Source of the DNA: Eledone cirrhosa
Taxonomy: Eukaryota
Reading direction: 5' to 3'
Assembly: GCA_964016885.1 (NCBI GenBank)
Contig: OZ024743.1
Span: 200,322,001-200,386,000, forward strand
Length of the DNA: 64,000 nt
The translations under genes were made by a program, and so were the position numbers. The notes under the pieces were generated by a model. It was not told the origin of the DNA, searched no databases, and saw only the letters and a list, made by a program, of their open reading frames with translations. Positions 1-16,359 of this stretch are shown here, in pieces (position 1 is the stretch's first letter; every line of letters starts with the position of its first letter).

Positions 1-644
1 TTTTAAAACAAATAGTTTTGTATAATCAAGGACGGATTATTGTGGTGTGGTATCAAAAGGGCTAATACCTATATATATATATATAAATGGGACACGAAAC
101 ATCCTAGAGGAGAGTTACATGTCGGCATAGCTATGCATCTCTACAGCTCTCTTAACTTTTAAAAATCATGAAACTTGTGAAGTCGGTAAAGTTATAGGTT
201 ATTGTAAAGAAACCTTCAACTTTTCCCCCTATAATATTACTCGTGTGGGTTATATTTAAAAAAAACATAAGTTTTAACTGTTTTAACTTTAACTGTGGTC
301 ACCTCCCAATACCCATCGGAAATCCACTCATAATTACCTTTATGTATATATACGAGTATACATACGAAAAGACATGCTTATGCCCTCCTAATTGATAGTT
401 CAGGGGAGTTTCGGCAGAGGTAGGGCTGTAATGACAAAGAGATCAATCGCAACAATGGGTTTCTTGTTACAGACTCGCTGTGTGGCAGCTTGGACACTCA
501 ACGCCGTCTAGAGGATGACCAATACCTTGTGTGCAGACATTGGTAGAAAAAGTTTGCAGGAACCTTGTACTGTATCATTCTCCTCTTCTCTTTTTTATTC
601 TAGTTGACTTTTCGCATACATACACACAAAACTCACACATACGC

Positions 645-694
<50 letters not shown>

Positions 695-705
695 GCGTAT
701 GTGTG

Positions 706-772
<67 letters not shown>

Positions 773-807
773 GCGTATGTGTGAGTTTATATATATATAT
801 ATATAAA

Positions 808-1079
808 GTCTAAAGTCTGTCTTAAGCCAGAAGGCTCATCTGGCCGGTGCTTATCCCGGTTTCATGACATGAAGCGTCTGAGAGTACAAGACTGCCCCCT
901 GGACATGATGCCAGTCCATCGCAGGGTTAAATCCCCTGTTATGGCTGGTACTCAATTTCAGCTGAGTACACTGGAGCAACGTGAAATGAAGTATTTTGCT
1001 CAGGAACACAACACGTAACCCAGGAATCGAACCCACGACATTATGATCATAAGTCCCTTAACACTAGACCACGTGCCTC

Positions 1080-1082
<3 letters not shown>
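808..1082 (-). mobile_element. tRNA-derived SINE family 2 (representative)
   Basis: Minus strand A box TGGTCTAGTG, B box GGTTCGATTCC, body GTGTTCCTGAGCAAAATACTTCATTTCACGTTGCTCCAGT, tail AGACTTTAGACTTT. Related heads at about 13650-13760, 15070-15217, 28435-28587, 51480-51600, 61640-61780. Confidence 0.8.
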
Positions 1083-1144
<62 letters not shown>

Positions 1145-1453
1145 TATATATATACATAAACTGCTACCACCTCTGTTGGCCAACACTAACAAAACTACGG
1201 ATAAAAATATGAACTTTCCTCTCTAAACATATATGTAAAAACTGACAACATTTTTATCTCCATTTTATTATTATTCGTATAAATATTCAATTTAACTGCA
1301 CTATACACTTCCGTCGTTCAAAAAGCATATAAAGCTGAAACCGGTACACGATTATATGCCGAAATCCCTACTTTATATATAAATATTTTGATTTTATACT
1401 GAAAAAAGCCCTCTACCACTTTCTACTATTTTGTTTCATTTTTACTATTTGTT

Positions 1454-1542
<89 letters not shown>

Positions 1543-2047
1543 AACAGTTAACACTTATAATATTGTTTACGGATGTTAAATTCGATTGTAATGTCAGTGA
1601 ATAAATAATAGTGTATATGCATTACAATCATAGAGTATATTAATTGTTTATACTTTTGGCACAAGGCCAGCAATTACCCAGTACATTACTGGTACTTTAT
1701 TTTATCGACCCTGTTAGGATGAAAGGTAAAGAGTATATTAATGTTAGAACATGAGTGCTAAAATTACCTATCAGACTAACTATTGAGAACAGTACCGTTA
1801 AATAATTCCTGCACTTCCAGTCTTCTATAACCTTTACGAAAAACCTTGTTTATACTTTAAACTCTTCAATCAGGAAGACGCACACCTACCGTCGGTAAAT
1901 AAGTCCTTTTATATGTTATATATAATTGATTCTAATGATTTTAAAATAACATACTTTGGAGAATGAAACATGTGTAAATCAAATATGTAATGTATTAATT
2001 GTTGAACCATTATGATCTAATTTTTGCGTTTATATATATATATATAT

Positions 2048-2970
2048 CAGTCGAGTCCGCTTAAGAGTATACCCTCGGGAATGGAAAATAGTATACTCTT
2101 AACCGAACTATACTCTTATCCGGACTAAGTAAAAATATTCCATAGTATTATTATTTTGAGTCTTTCAATGATTAAAAATCGCTTTCTTATCGTTTAAAAT
2201 GCATTTATAAAAATTAAAGTTACACCAAAAAATTCAACAAGAATTATTGCAAATTATAGATAAATTAATCAATATTTCAATATATTGGTATGCAATTTTT
2301 ATTTCCTAAAAATAGTCCAAAATGCTTTTTTGCACTCGATTACTCGCAATTTTTTTTCAATCAATTCCTTCGATCTCAGACGGAGTATAATTTTCAAAAC
2401 GTTCAAACGATTTCATCATATAGGACCGTACCGTCAACAAAGCATTTATTCCTTCTTTTCCAGAGATCTAAATTATTGATAAATGATTAAAGTTATGTTA
2501 GGTACCTATGGACATTCATATTATAAATATAAAAATAATACATACTAACCTTTGAGTAATGGATATTTTTTGAGTAATGGATAAAGCAGAGCGTTTCAAA
2601 TACATTTTTATGACACAATGAATTATTATTTTGGTATTTGCATATATTAAACTTTAAATTGCTTTTAGAATGGTTGTATAAATTACATCATCGCATTCAT
2701 TTTGAATTGTTTTAAAATGGTTATGTTACATTATAAGCCCAATTTACTTTACCGTATTCATTATACTCTTATTCGGACTAAATTATATAGAAAAATATAT
2801 AAACGGGAATTGATTATGCTATACTCTTATGCGAACTATACTCTTATCGGATATACTCTTAAGCGGACCCATGCACTGTACAAAACATAGTACATAAATT
2901 CGGGAATTGATTATGCTATACTCTTAAGCGGCTTATACTCTTATCCAATATTCTCTTAAGCGGACACGAC

Positions 2971-2972
<2 letters not shown>
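2048..2972. mobile_element. Tc1/mariner-superfamily (pogo/Tigger-like) non-autonomous element
   Basis: TIR CAGTCGAGTCCGCTTAAGAGTATA / TATTCTCTTAAGCGGACACGACTA, subterminal TATACTCTTA repeats, TA context. The right end is duplicated (about 2805-2879 and 2901-2972). Confidence 0.75.
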
Positions 2973-3010
<38 letters not shown>

Positions 3011-3308
3011 TGCATATATATGTGTGTGTGCGTGTATGTACCTAAACACATATGTATGTGTGTGTCCGTGTGTGGTGTATGTTTAGGGTTGTGTTTGCGT
3101 TTATGATTATGATTATGGTTATGAGCCATAATTTAGGCATTGAAGTACACGAGATCGTTGAAATAAGCACTGGACCTGAAAATGTAAGTACATGGTTGAT
3201 ATGATCGACTAAAATCAAGCCTGCTTACCAGCTTGTCCGCAGTCTGAAGGCTGAAAACAACAAAAAAATTACAATAAATATTTAGTGTCATGAAGGAGAG
3301 TGAGTGAG

Positions 3309-3373
<65 letters not shown>

Positions 3374-3569
3374 AGAGTGAGAGTGAGTGAGAGCTGTATA
3401 TGATGTTACTGAGAGAGTGAAAATCAGAAAGAGAGAATCGCCTCTAGTACTTGAGTCTGACTATATACATATATGAATGAGTATGTCGTTCTATGTGTGT
3501 ATGTGTGTATGTCTCTCTCTCTCTATATATATATATATATCTATATATGTGTGTGTGTGTGTGTGTGCC

Positions 3570-3657
<88 letters not shown>

Positions 3658-3825
3658 TTTCTGTGTGTATGTCCATGTGTATCTCTGTAAGTGTTTATGT
3701 GTCTATGTATATGTATGTGAGATGAAGTTAGACGTTTAAAATGAAGCAGGAAGTCGGTGGCCAGCGACGTCAGACCCCGCCCTGATTAAATATCTCAAAA
3801 CAACAAATATTGGCCACAATTAACA

Positions 3826-3826
3826 C

Positions 3827-3882
<56 letters not shown>

Positions 3883-3910
3883 ACTACTACTACTACTACT
3901 ACTACTACTG

Positions 3911-3951
<41 letters not shown>

Positions 3952-3962
3952 GTTACTACTAG

Positions 3963-4011
<49 letters not shown>

Positions 4012-4027
4012 GCTGCTGCTACTACTG

Positions 4028-4062
<35 letters not shown>
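3826..4062. repeat. (TAC)n/(TGC)n microsatellite
   Basis: Direct inspection. Confidence 0.95.
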
Positions 4063-4064
<2 letters not shown>

Positions 4065-4334
4065 CTCTTCTTCCCACACTTTTTTGTTCTTATTCTTATG
4101 TAGCTGCTGTTATTCCTCTATATTATTATTTTGTTGTCATCGTCGACATTAATGTTGTTGTCGTTGTTGACGTTGTTGTTGACATTATTGTTGTTATTAT
4201 TGTGGCTGTTGTTGTTGCTGCAGTTATTATATTACAGTTGTTGGTGACGAGCTTTTTAGATATAGACTTAATAGTAATTCTGATAATGGCATTTTTATAT
4301 TATTGATAACATTTGTTTTATATACTACAAATAT

Positions 4335-4717
<383 letters not shown>

Positions 4718-4938
4718 GAGAGAGAGAATATGTATAATTAAATATGTAAGTATATATATATATATATAATTTCCATAGAAAAGGTAAAGGAAAGAAGAGT
4801 GCTCTATGTATAGTACAGAGCTATTTAATTATGTAATAAACAACACTGTTGGGGTTGCCTGTCTTCGAGAAACCTTTGGTAATTGAATAATTATGTTGTG
4901 TTGTTTATTACATAATTAAATATATATAAAACATATAC

Positions 4939-5680
4939 ATATATATAAAACTGAAATTATCTGTGTGTGTATGTGTGTGTGTTTGTCCTAATTGTTGCAA
5001 AGTCTATACAAATCCACATTTCTACTGACTTCAAACTTGCATTTATATATTCCTTGCGGTCTAAAGATATTAACTGCAGCTTTTATTTTTCAATTTTCAG
5101 TTGTTAAAGGCGTTCTTTTCACTGAAACTTTAAGCCCTTTTTGTCGGCAATTTTGTCTACAATGTTCAAGAGAGAAAACTCTTTAGTATTTTGAAAGAGT
5201 TAACTCTCTTTATAGACTATATTATCCCTACTTAAACGTACATACCTTGAAATTGTTGATGGTGACTCCAATAGTAATTCCGAAGCGTTCGGCATCCGAT
5301 ATAACAGTTCAGTCTATATTAGATTGAGTAGATTTTTGTAACCTTAAAAGTATCCAACTAAATTCCTTCATGCTCTCCACCACTGCACTTACTGCTCTGT
5401 AACTTTCATTGTACCATAGCACAACAAATACATGTTCGGTTTGTCGAATGCCTTTTTACTTAACCCTATCCTCTTGGCTTTCGTGGGTTGAACATTTTAC
5501 TCTCAGCCACCCAATTAAGTTAAACCCCTAGTAATCTACGACGAATTGTCTTTATAAGCACAAAATGTAGACACCATCCTCAGGCTGAGGTATTCCGTAC
5601 TTCTCTGTACTGTTTCAAAAAGGAGGGATAAGATGCCAATCTATGTTTAGAAGCCCGAGCAACGCGGGCCATTCTGCTAG
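4939..5680 (+). mobile_element. Non-autonomous Helitron-like element
   Basis: 5' ATATATATAAAA..TCTGTGTGTG. 3' GC hairpin GCCCG-AGCAACG-CGGGC followed by CTAG|T at 5677-5681. Confidence 0.65.
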
Positions 5681-7093
5681 TATATAATTATAAAAAACGA
5701 AATGAGCTGTGTGGTTACTGTAAACAAAGTTTAAGATGGTAGTATGGACGAAACAAGAGAAGAAAAGAAATCCTTCCTCAGCTGTAAAACCGAGATCAAG
5801 ATGTTTCGGCGCTTAATACAGGACATCTAAAAGCGATCAGCGGCGCGCCCAATGCCTTTTTCTCAATCAAAAGACCAGGAGGGAAAGAAAAGAAAAAAGA
5901 AGAAAAAAGGGGGGAAAGATAGTGAAGAGAGAGGAAGAAAGAGAAAAAATATGGTTAAACTGACCAGATAGGGGGGTGGGGCAGGACAATGGAACATGCA
6001 AGTGAGTAACCGAGGAAAAAATAGAATAGAATAAGTTATAGCGAACCGAATAGACGTAAGTCTGGGGGTGAGATAACAGGATCATCTCAATCGAAGTGGA
6101 GAGAGAGAGAGTGAGAGAGAGGGGGGGGGGAGAGAGAGAGACGGAGCAACCAGAAGTGAGAGGGAGAAGGGAAAGGGAGATAATCCAAAAGAGTTTTACG
6201 ACAGTTGTAAAATGTGTCGTAAACGATTGAAACCAGAGGAGTTTTACGACATGTGTGAAGCATGCCGTAAACGATCAAAAACGAGCAGATGGATATATAT
6301 ATATAGAGAGAGAGAGAGAGTGCAGGGGCAACAGGTTTTTAAAATGTAGTATTAAAACGCAGAACACAGTAGAATGATTGTTATTCGTTTGATGCTTAAA
6401 TGAAAGGGGAAATATATGAGTCTTTCAAATATTTGAGATACTAGTCCTTCATCGTGCCTAAATTAGGAGCCACCGTTATTTCATTGTTATTGAGAGCCAT
6501 GGATTATATTATAATTATCAGTATCGTTACAGCATTAGAAACCACTACTATTATTATTGCTGTTGTAATTATTGTTATTTCAGGAAAACTAACAGATTCT
6601 CGGCATCCATGACATTTTTTGTGATTAATCCGTCTGTCATCTAAGGTTAGTTTTAGTTTAGTTAGCAACCAAGCATAAAACAATACTATCAAAAAGACAA
6701 GGCGTATAAATCTACCACCTTATGTCGTCAGATGCAGAACGACGTACCGCTGCCTAGACAAATGCATACTTGACAAAACACGGATGGGGAAAGAGCGAGT
6801 GAGAAAGACAGATGTTTACATAACTCTTAGCTTCGTATGTGTCTCGGCTAAGTAACAATAGTGTGCTGCAATAATAACATATGTAAAACAAGAGAGTTAG
6901 ATCTGAGTACATATCATCTTACACGGCACATGCAGGCACACATACACACAGACATATATTCACACACACACACATACACACACAACCACACACACATACA
7001 CACATAACCAAACACACACTCGCGCTCACATACTCATAAACACACACACACATGCATATATACATAAACACACACACACATGCATATATACAT

Positions 7094-7189
<96 letters not shown>

Positions 7190-7251
7190 CACGATGGATT
7201 CAGTTTGAAAGTGTAGACCATTACGCAACAAGCTGTTGAAACGGCCATATA

Positions 7252-7290
<39 letters not shown>

Positions 7291-7296
<6 letters not shown>

Positions 7297-8397
7297 AAGT
7301 TAAATAAAAGTCAAATGATTAAAATTTAGCTTCGTTTATTACTGCTATATATATTTCAGTGACAGCCATCTTTGGCTGTGACCTCTTCAGGCAGTTTGAA
7401 TTAGTATGGTATAGACAAGTACATATGTTGTTTAGGTGTATGATATTGTCAATACTCTGATATGCCCAGTTCCTTGTTGGGTTGTTAATTCACTGGGGAA
7501 CTGGAGTCATATGAATTCAGACAAACGAATGTTAGTGTCACAGGTCCCCTTCTCCTCTCATTGGTCAGTTATTAGTGTTGTCATTGTTGGAGTTAGCTTA
7601 AAAATTGATAAAATGGTAGAAGGGACAAGGTGTTGAAGGAACAAAATATCAAAAAATGTGTCAAACTTCCCATTGTTCAGTTCTGAGAGCATTCCTCAGT
7701 CAGAAGTCTATAGAATTCTTTCTGGGGTGAGGCTCCCTGTAGTGTTTATGCCTGCTATTGTTCAGTACATTTGACCTCCACCATTATTTTGGTACTGTTG
7801 TTGTTGTAGTGGTCAGCTTATATCTTGCTGCTGCTAACAATTTAGAAGTATTCAGGGAGCCTCACCCCAGAAAGAATTCTATAGACTTCTGACTGAGGAA
7901 TGCTCTCAGAACTGAACAATGGGAAGTTTGACACATTTTTTGATATTTTGTTCCTTCAACACCTTGTCCCTTCTACCATTTTATCAATTTTTAAGCTAAC
8001 TCCAACAATGACAACACTAATAACTGACCAATGAGAGGAGAAGGGGACCTGTGACACTAAAATTCGTTTGTTTGAATTCATATGACTCCAGTTCCCCAGT
8101 GAATTAACAACCCAACAAGGAACTGGGCATATCAGAGTATTGACAATATCATACACCTAAACAACATATGTACTTGTCTATACCATACTAATTCAAACTG
8201 CCTGAAGAGGTCACAGCCAAAGATGGCTGTCACTGAAATATATATAGCAGTAATAAACGAAGCTAAATTTTAATCATTTGACTTTTATTTAACTTTATTT
8301 TACACTACTCCGGAGTAACCAAACCAACCTGCGCACTTCGTCGAGTGCTCCAGCCTGCATACCGAGGTGTTGGTATACAACCAACATAAACTCAAAA

Positions 8398-8399
<2 letters not shown>
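7291..8399 (+). mobile_element. Non-coding fold-back PLE-like element in (TA)n
   Basis: Inverted arms 7291-7739 and 7853-8301 (449 bp, few mismatches), spacer 7740-7852, unpaired tail 8302-8399, HHR in each arm, (TA)n flanks. Confidence 0.88.
8197..8251 (+). ncRNA. Type I hammerhead ribozyme (mirror copy 7341-7395, minus)
   Basis: ACTGC-CTGAAGA-G-GTCACAGCCA(AAGA)TGGCTGTCAC-T-GAAA-TATATA-TA-GCAGT; palindromic stem III. Confidence 0.85.
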
Positions 8400-8445
<46 letters not shown>

Positions 8446-8513
8446 TATATACATATATATGTATATATATATATGTATATATATATATATGTATGTATGT
8501 ATATAAATATATG

Positions 8514-8596
<83 letters not shown>

Positions 8597-8831
8597 ATCC
8601 CTGTGAGTTTTTTCGATGAGTATTCGAGGTGTGTTTTTATCAAATGAACTGGCGCACAACGAATTGTAGGGCATTTAACTTCAATCTCAAGGCTTGGGAC
8701 AACTTGATGCCACGATAAAAAAAAGCTCTTATGTGAGATGTCAGTTCAGAGGATTTAACTCAAGAGCTCATATTTGTATATTTGTGAAGTAAATTGCACT
8801 CAACCATGCCTATGTCCAAGTAAATAAATAA

Positions 8832-8884
<53 letters not shown>

Positions 8885-9514
8885 CGCGTGTGTGTGTTTA
8901 AGCATTTAATAATATTTCCGGCCATTACTCCCGAAATCAAGCGTCCAATTGATCAGATATCCCAGATGAATGAAGCCTTGACGGGGTTTCAAAATGAAAT
9001 ATAATCCTATGCTGGTTGCTATTCATCTAGTATGTGCCGTAACTACGTAACTGTAGACTCAGTGTGTCTGAGAAATTATACATTCCGAGGCATCTCGCGG
9101 TATACTTCAACAATATATTCCGAAACGGTCTTGGTAGATCCTTTAGAAGTTAATGACACCTCGCAGTGTGAAAAAATGTTCATCGCATGATACAGCTTAT
9201 CCCCAGGGAACCTGGCTTACCGATAACGAACCACCATTTAATTTCTGAGTAATGGTTATGTTAGTAATTAATTGCCTACCTACAAATATATACTCTACAA
9301 GATGTATTGAGTTTTCACTTCTTTCATGTGAACCTTCTATCTCCATCTCACCCACACAAATACGCACACGCACGCACACATACACATATATGCATACATA
9401 CATAGATAGATACATACATGCTTGTATACTGATATATCTACACACACATACATAGTACACACCATATGATGTGTACTCAAATTCCACCTATATTCATATA
9501 TGCATATCTATCTA

Positions 9515-9575
<61 letters not shown>

Positions 9576-12500
9576 TTATATATATGCATATATATATACA
9601 TACATACATATATACATATATAGATGTATACATATATAGATGTATACAGATATATCTACATACGCACACACAATCCAATCGCTATTCACCGACCATGAAG
9701 GAGAACAAGAAGTATGTTAGAGTGCAATTGAATTTAAACAACATACAATCATACACAAACTCACACACTTACATACACAAATATTGTCAGTGACACTCAC
9801 ACACTGCAGCGTACACTCTCTTTCATCTCTTGTAAGTGCTGACATATACTCACATTTTCACAAACACACAGTTGCATATACATTCACATGTACACATTCA
9901 CACACAAAAATTCGCACACAAACAGATATACACACAGTAAAAGACTTCCTATTTTGGTGTATTTAGTTTTGTTTGTTAGTTGTTTCATCTGTTATTAATA
10001 GCGGGATCAGGCATCAACACATGGAACTATGATGTAATATAATGTCCTCTTCCCCCCTCTTTCTCTCACTCTCTTTCATGTTCACTCTTCCTACATCTAT
10101 CTACATATCTATCCGTTGTTCCCTCTGTCTCTCACTCTTATTCCTCTTTTGATCTGTCCTTCCGTGAAAACAGTAATGTTTCCTCAAGCTATGACACGCT
10201 CAATAAAGAGTTTGGAATTCTTAACAGAGAACCAAACAACGAAATAGAGACGAATAAAAGTCCTTTTTATATTAGTTATTATAAGACTCCCGAAAATGTG
10301 GTAAATTGGTAGAAGCAAGACAGCACCAAGCTAATATGTTTAAATACAGATGAAACAATGAGGAAGAGTATCCGCAGTTATAGAATTAACAGGCAAATCC
10401 CAAGTCACATTCCACCCCACCGCATGACTTAACAGATTTCCTCAATTCCTTCACATTTTGAATTGTCATTTAATGATAATTCATCCGAGCACCATAATAG
10501 CATGGGCAAGATTTTCAAATCTGAATAATTGTATTGTCCCAAACAAGATTAAGCCTGAAACAGCAGGTCTTGTGTGTGTATGAGTGTGTGTCTGTGTGTC
10601 TGAGTGTGTGTTTGTGTGTGTATGAGTGTGTGTTTGTGTGTGTATGAGTGTGTGAGTGTGTATGGATGTGTGTGTGAACTGTTAATTCATGATTTCCTTT
10701 ATAATTGGGTATGTTGGAAATTATTTGACATATATACACAATATACACAATATACACATTTATTTTCCCAGTTTGGATTCCTTCCCAATTCCTCTCTTCT
10801 GTTGGGATTTGAATTTCCTGTCCTTTGATCCTAGCCGTGGAATCACTGCTCTACTATCTTAAATTTAGACTAGGTTTCTTCGATAAGTGCTGACCTGGGT
10901 TTTCACAACACCATTAATAGTGTTTTATTCTGACTATGGCTTCCACGTACCACGTTCATATTTATCTGTTTATATCATTCTTGCTCCATAATAAAACTGG
11001 CACTACTAACTATCCTCTCTTATACGAATTTTGTACCTAGTCAAAAGAAATCTTTGTGGGGTTCCCAGGTAAGCACTACAGGGTAGAAGAGAAAGTCTTC
11101 CCTTTAAATCTTAGTTTATAATTTGAAAAATGCATGGGCATCACACACTCTTCGTTTCAACTTTTTCTGTATATCACATAAAAGAACCGCTATTTGGTCA
11201 ATCTTTCTGCTAGAATCAGTAGTCAAATCTCATATAAAACATGCCTTAACGTCTTAAAAAGATATAAAGAGCCAATGGAAAATGACGGGATGAACACAGT
11301 GCTGTTGATAATAGAGCTCTTAGATCAATGTTGATTTGGGGAATGAAAAACAGCACCTATCTGAATTGTTATTCCTATGAAAGAAATCAATGCGAGGAGG
11401 CAGATGCCCTTGCAAACCGAATCATTGACCAGTGGTTGAATATTAAATGGAGTCATTTGCTTTGAATAACTTAGAAAAGAATTCCCAAAACATTCTGGTA
11501 CATTGGTATCATCATTCTACACAATTCTGCAATGCTCTACATCCCCCAACATTCTTGAGAATTGTGGGTAATACAAGTCATGGGAGATAGATGGTGGTCT
11601 AATATAGGCATGAGCCCAGATACTTTAAAAAATGATTAAATGAATCTTACAGCTCTTACCTATATAGGTTTCGCTTGACTCATACGACGTATAGAAGGTT
11701 TCTTGTGTTTTAATGGTAGGGGCCCCAGGACTTTGGGAGAAGACTAGTCGATTTAATGTACCACGGCACTTAATAGGTACTAATTTTAAATTGGAAAATA
11801 AACAAAGATTACATAAATGGTATTTAACTCAGAATATAGGTAAATGTCAAAAATATAAAGACACCTTATGCATCACTCTAATGTTTCTGACGAAGCAAGT
11901 TTCAAAGCGGAAAAAAACGTAATATGTTAACAATTACTTAACTGCATTTATATGTTTACATGCGCTGATGTATGTGTATGTACATGTGTGTATGTGTGTG
12001 CGTGTGTGTGTAAGTGTGTGTGTTCTGTAATATGATATACAATAGTTGTGACTCAACGTTTCCTAACGAAGAGATCTACAGACAATCTCTTTTATAAGTA
12101 ATCATTAATCTGTTTAACAGATTCATTTTTCAACAAACACGTGTTGAGCACTCCTATTTCGTTCCGAAGAAAATTACGTGAATATGTGTGACTAAATGTA
12201 TATGTGTGAAAGATATAGACAAATTTATAGTGTGAGAGGCAGATTGAAAGAGATTGTGTGTACGCGCAGACGCGTACATAGTCAAACAATATACAAATAC
12301 AAATATTCATACATCATATATATATATATATATATATTCATAAAACACTTAGATTATGTAGATATGTCTCTGCCAGGAGATTTACCTACGTCGATACAAC
12401 AAAAAATACGATATATCACAATACAACTCATATATTTATAGCATTTACAATTATTATTATTATTATTTCATCATCATCCTCATCAGCAGCAGCAGTAACA

Positions 12501-12620
12501 GCATCGTCTTCCTCATCATCATTCATACAGTATTTCAGGTGATGATATATTTGAAAACAAAATGGTTTCCTCTTTCGTCTTTTACATAAAGTTATTTTTT
12601 TCTGAGTTATTTTTAAGATC

Positions 12621-12665
<45 letters not shown>

Positions 12666-12690
12666 CGTGTGTATGTGTATGTGTGTGTGT

Positions 12691-12736
<46 letters not shown>

Positions 12737-15647
12737 GTTTGCGTGTGTGTATGTGTATGTATGTATTTATGTATGCATTTATTTCCAAAACCATTTTCCT
12801 CTCCTCATAAGACATATTCAGCCAGCAATAATAACTGCCAATGCCAGCTGTTTCAAATTTTATCTCCTTTGAAAAATATTCTATTACAAAAATGGTTTGA
12901 TAATTAAATCCTTCTTGTTGATAGGTAAAGTCATGGAAGTATATTTGAATGTTAAATCCAAATTTATCTAAAGCATATGATATAATTTTTCTCCCAAAGA
13001 ATGTAACGATGAAGCTAGGGAAATAGTACTAAGCTTGAAGCTCTTATCAAATTTGTTTCTGATTTCTCGTGATATTTAAGGGGGAAGAGGAGGAATAATT
13101 TCAATACCTAACTAAACATGCAGAAATTTCAGGTTCCATAACCATTCTACAATATTTTGTCTGTTAATGGTTTGCTAAATTAAGAATATCTTCGTAAGAT
13201 TACATCATTGTCGATCGAAAGTGTTTATCCCTTATTCCGTTGAAAAACTCCATATCTTAGCTCATTGATTTCGTGGTAGCAAAACTTGGGGGTTTCGTTC
13301 TCGTGTTACATATTGAGAAAATCAACTGTGCTGAGCCAATTCTTCCGCAAACTACGACCCTGGGAGGATTAGGGATAATTACTTCTTACTAACAGAACCT
13401 TCCAAATTTAATCAATCACAGTTTACTCGGTTGTTGTCATTGTAAATAACAAACAACGTGTGGATATATGTTAGGCCTTTGTCGGTTCCGACAACTAACG
13501 TTCCATTTGATTCGATTAGCGAACCAGTCTTCTCTTGAAATTAACATGCAAGTAGCTGGTCAATCCAGAGACACGTGTATCATTAATATAGTTGTCAGGG
13601 AAATTCAGCAGGACTAACTTTGTTACTAGGCTAGCCCTTTTTAATTTCAGGTATAACTTACTTTTTTTTGCAACCGAACACTGGAGCAATGAGAAATATG
13701 GGGAAAACGCACCGCCAGGTATCGAACTCACAAACTCACGATCATGAACCGAATACCCAAACCTTTACGTAGAGAAACTAACAGAGGTTAATAAAAAGTA
13801 ATTATGGTTTCTTAAGTAAATAAATCGTTTGATTGATTGGATCAAATCAACCGTATTTCCCGGCGTCGAAGACACTACTTTTTTCCTAAAATAAGTCTCA
13901 AAAATGTACCATGCTTCCCGGAGGCCAAAGGTTGTTTTTTCCTCCTACATTGAGGTCATTATCTAGTGTGTTCTTTCTTGTCTTATTTCTTTGTCTAACT
14001 CACAGAAACAGGAACAGTCCGTAAATATTTGGACATTCAAAATCCTTATTATCTGGATAACATCTAAATTCGAACTTCCTTAATTGCAATAAAGATTTCT
14101 TCACTTCATTAGGGGCTACAGCCTACCCGATTTTATGTGTGAGTGGGATCCCTCCAAAATCACGTATGCTTGCATAAAGTACCATGTTCTTAAAATATGT
14201 TTTTAAACTTCAGTTTCATAGAGAAAAGTTTTCCCCGGTATGGGATAGTAGTTTAGTATAGTAAATATATTAGAATGATCTGGTACATATTTATATAATT
14301 CCAAAACGGAAGTGACTGGAGGAAAATAGATATAAACGTTTTGTCCGAATAAATATAGCCAACGCATCGAGAGTGGCTCTACGTTGTTACATGGCCTTCT
14401 TGAAATAGCAGCCAACCCCTGTTCCATACACAGGCACAAAAGGGATATTTAGATAATGCAGTTTTAGATACACTGATGAAGTAAACGGGATAGTCCTGTG
14501 TAGAATGCAGTTGATCTGAGGTCTACGCAGTTGACCTGAGATATAACACAAAAATAACACACTTAAAACTTATGCTCAATTTGTCCAGAATCATATCTAC
14601 ACTAGACGTTAAATTCTCAAGGTTGTAAGACATTCGAATAAAATGCGTAACAGATCTCTTCTTTCTGAGTTCAAATCTCGCTACACCAAAACTTGCCTTT
14701 CATCTCTTCGATGTCGATAAATAAAATAATAGTCCGTTAGTGGGGGTTGATTCAGCTCTTCATTTAATTTGAACCGAGAAGGGAGCCTAAACATAGTCAC
14801 TATCTGCTAGAAAAGTAAAGAAATCTCTTTCTGCTCTCATTCTACTCTCTTAAAACTAGAAAGGGGACATTGAATAGGTAAAGACCCCCTTCGGTCATGA
14901 ATGACCATGAGATTTGCATCAAGAAAGTTTCCCTCCAAGGCACAAGTCAGGACAAAGTTATTTGTGGAAAACCAGCAGTCGCCCATGCATACCAGCCTCC
15001 CCTCTCCACGCCTCCCATGTTGTCCAAGGAAAAGGAAATAGCCGATACCGCTTGACACCAGTGACGTCGCAACTAATTTCTACAGCTGAGTAAACTGGAG
15101 CAACGTGAAATAAAGTATCTTTCTCAAGGACACAACGCATCACCCGGTCCGAGAATTGAACTCACAACCTTCCGGCTGCAAGCCCAATGCAATAACCACT
15201 AAGCCATGCGTCTTCACTCATTGAATAAAATAGTTTTTAATGCACATTCTTCAGTACTCATACACGGCTCCCTGAAATATCAACGTTAAGGTCCATGTCA
15301 GTTCGTCACTGGCATTTCCTCTAGATAAAGCCAATCATTACTAAATTAAGATTATCAACTCTCTTCCTAACTGATATTCCATTGGGAAGGACCAACCTAT
15401 AACCTCATACAAGGTCATCGCGTACATTTCAAAACTTACTCCATTTCCTTACATGATATCTGGTATTTGATTGGCTAACATTTTATATCGTATTCTCTTT
15501 CACTCTCTTGTCTTTCTCTTACGTTATCGATCTCCATCTCTCTCACTTTCTTCATTTCTTGCTCTCTCTTTCTCACGGTCCACCTCTCACCCTATTGTAA
15601 TCTTTTTTTTTTCCATCTAGTTCCTTCCATTCTAACACCCACTCTAA

Positions 15648-15701
<54 letters not shown>

Positions 15702-15787
15702 TGTATATATAAATAACCCACACACACACACATATATATATATGTATATATGTATATATGTATATATATATACACATATATATATAC

Positions 15788-15865
<78 letters not shown>

Positions 15866-15947
15866 ATATAAATAACCCACACACACACATATATATATAT
15901 ATGTATATATGTATATATGTATATATATATACATATATAGTATACAT

Positions 15948-16037
<90 letters not shown>

Positions 16038-16041
16038 GTAT

Positions 16042-16075
<34 letters not shown>

Positions 16076-16300
16076 TTCTTGTGATTTCATACGAATGAAA
16101 CAGTTCTAATCCTATATATGTGCCTGTGTATGTGTAGATACACATTCATTCTTACATGTACACATATACATATCATAACACGGGCTGTCACCATAAGACA
16201 AAAACATGGCACCACCACAGCTGTTAAAGGGTTAAAGGTCCTTGTAGGTTACGTGATAGTACTTGTGAAAGCCGTGGTCCTTGGTAAAGAGACTTATATA

Positions 16301-16359
<59 letters not shown>

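Noticed and set aside
7291-8301. DNA-transposon (Foldback/MITE) interpretation of the long inverted arms
   Set aside because: Termini are asymmetric (one-sided tail), arm length varies among copies of the TTAAAATAACAG family, arms carry HHRs, and one element with this geometry encodes a PLE GIY-YIG domain.
13850-13930. CCGTATTTCCCGGCGT pogo/Tc2-like TIR
   Set aside because: Only one end found; no matching inverted terminus nearby.
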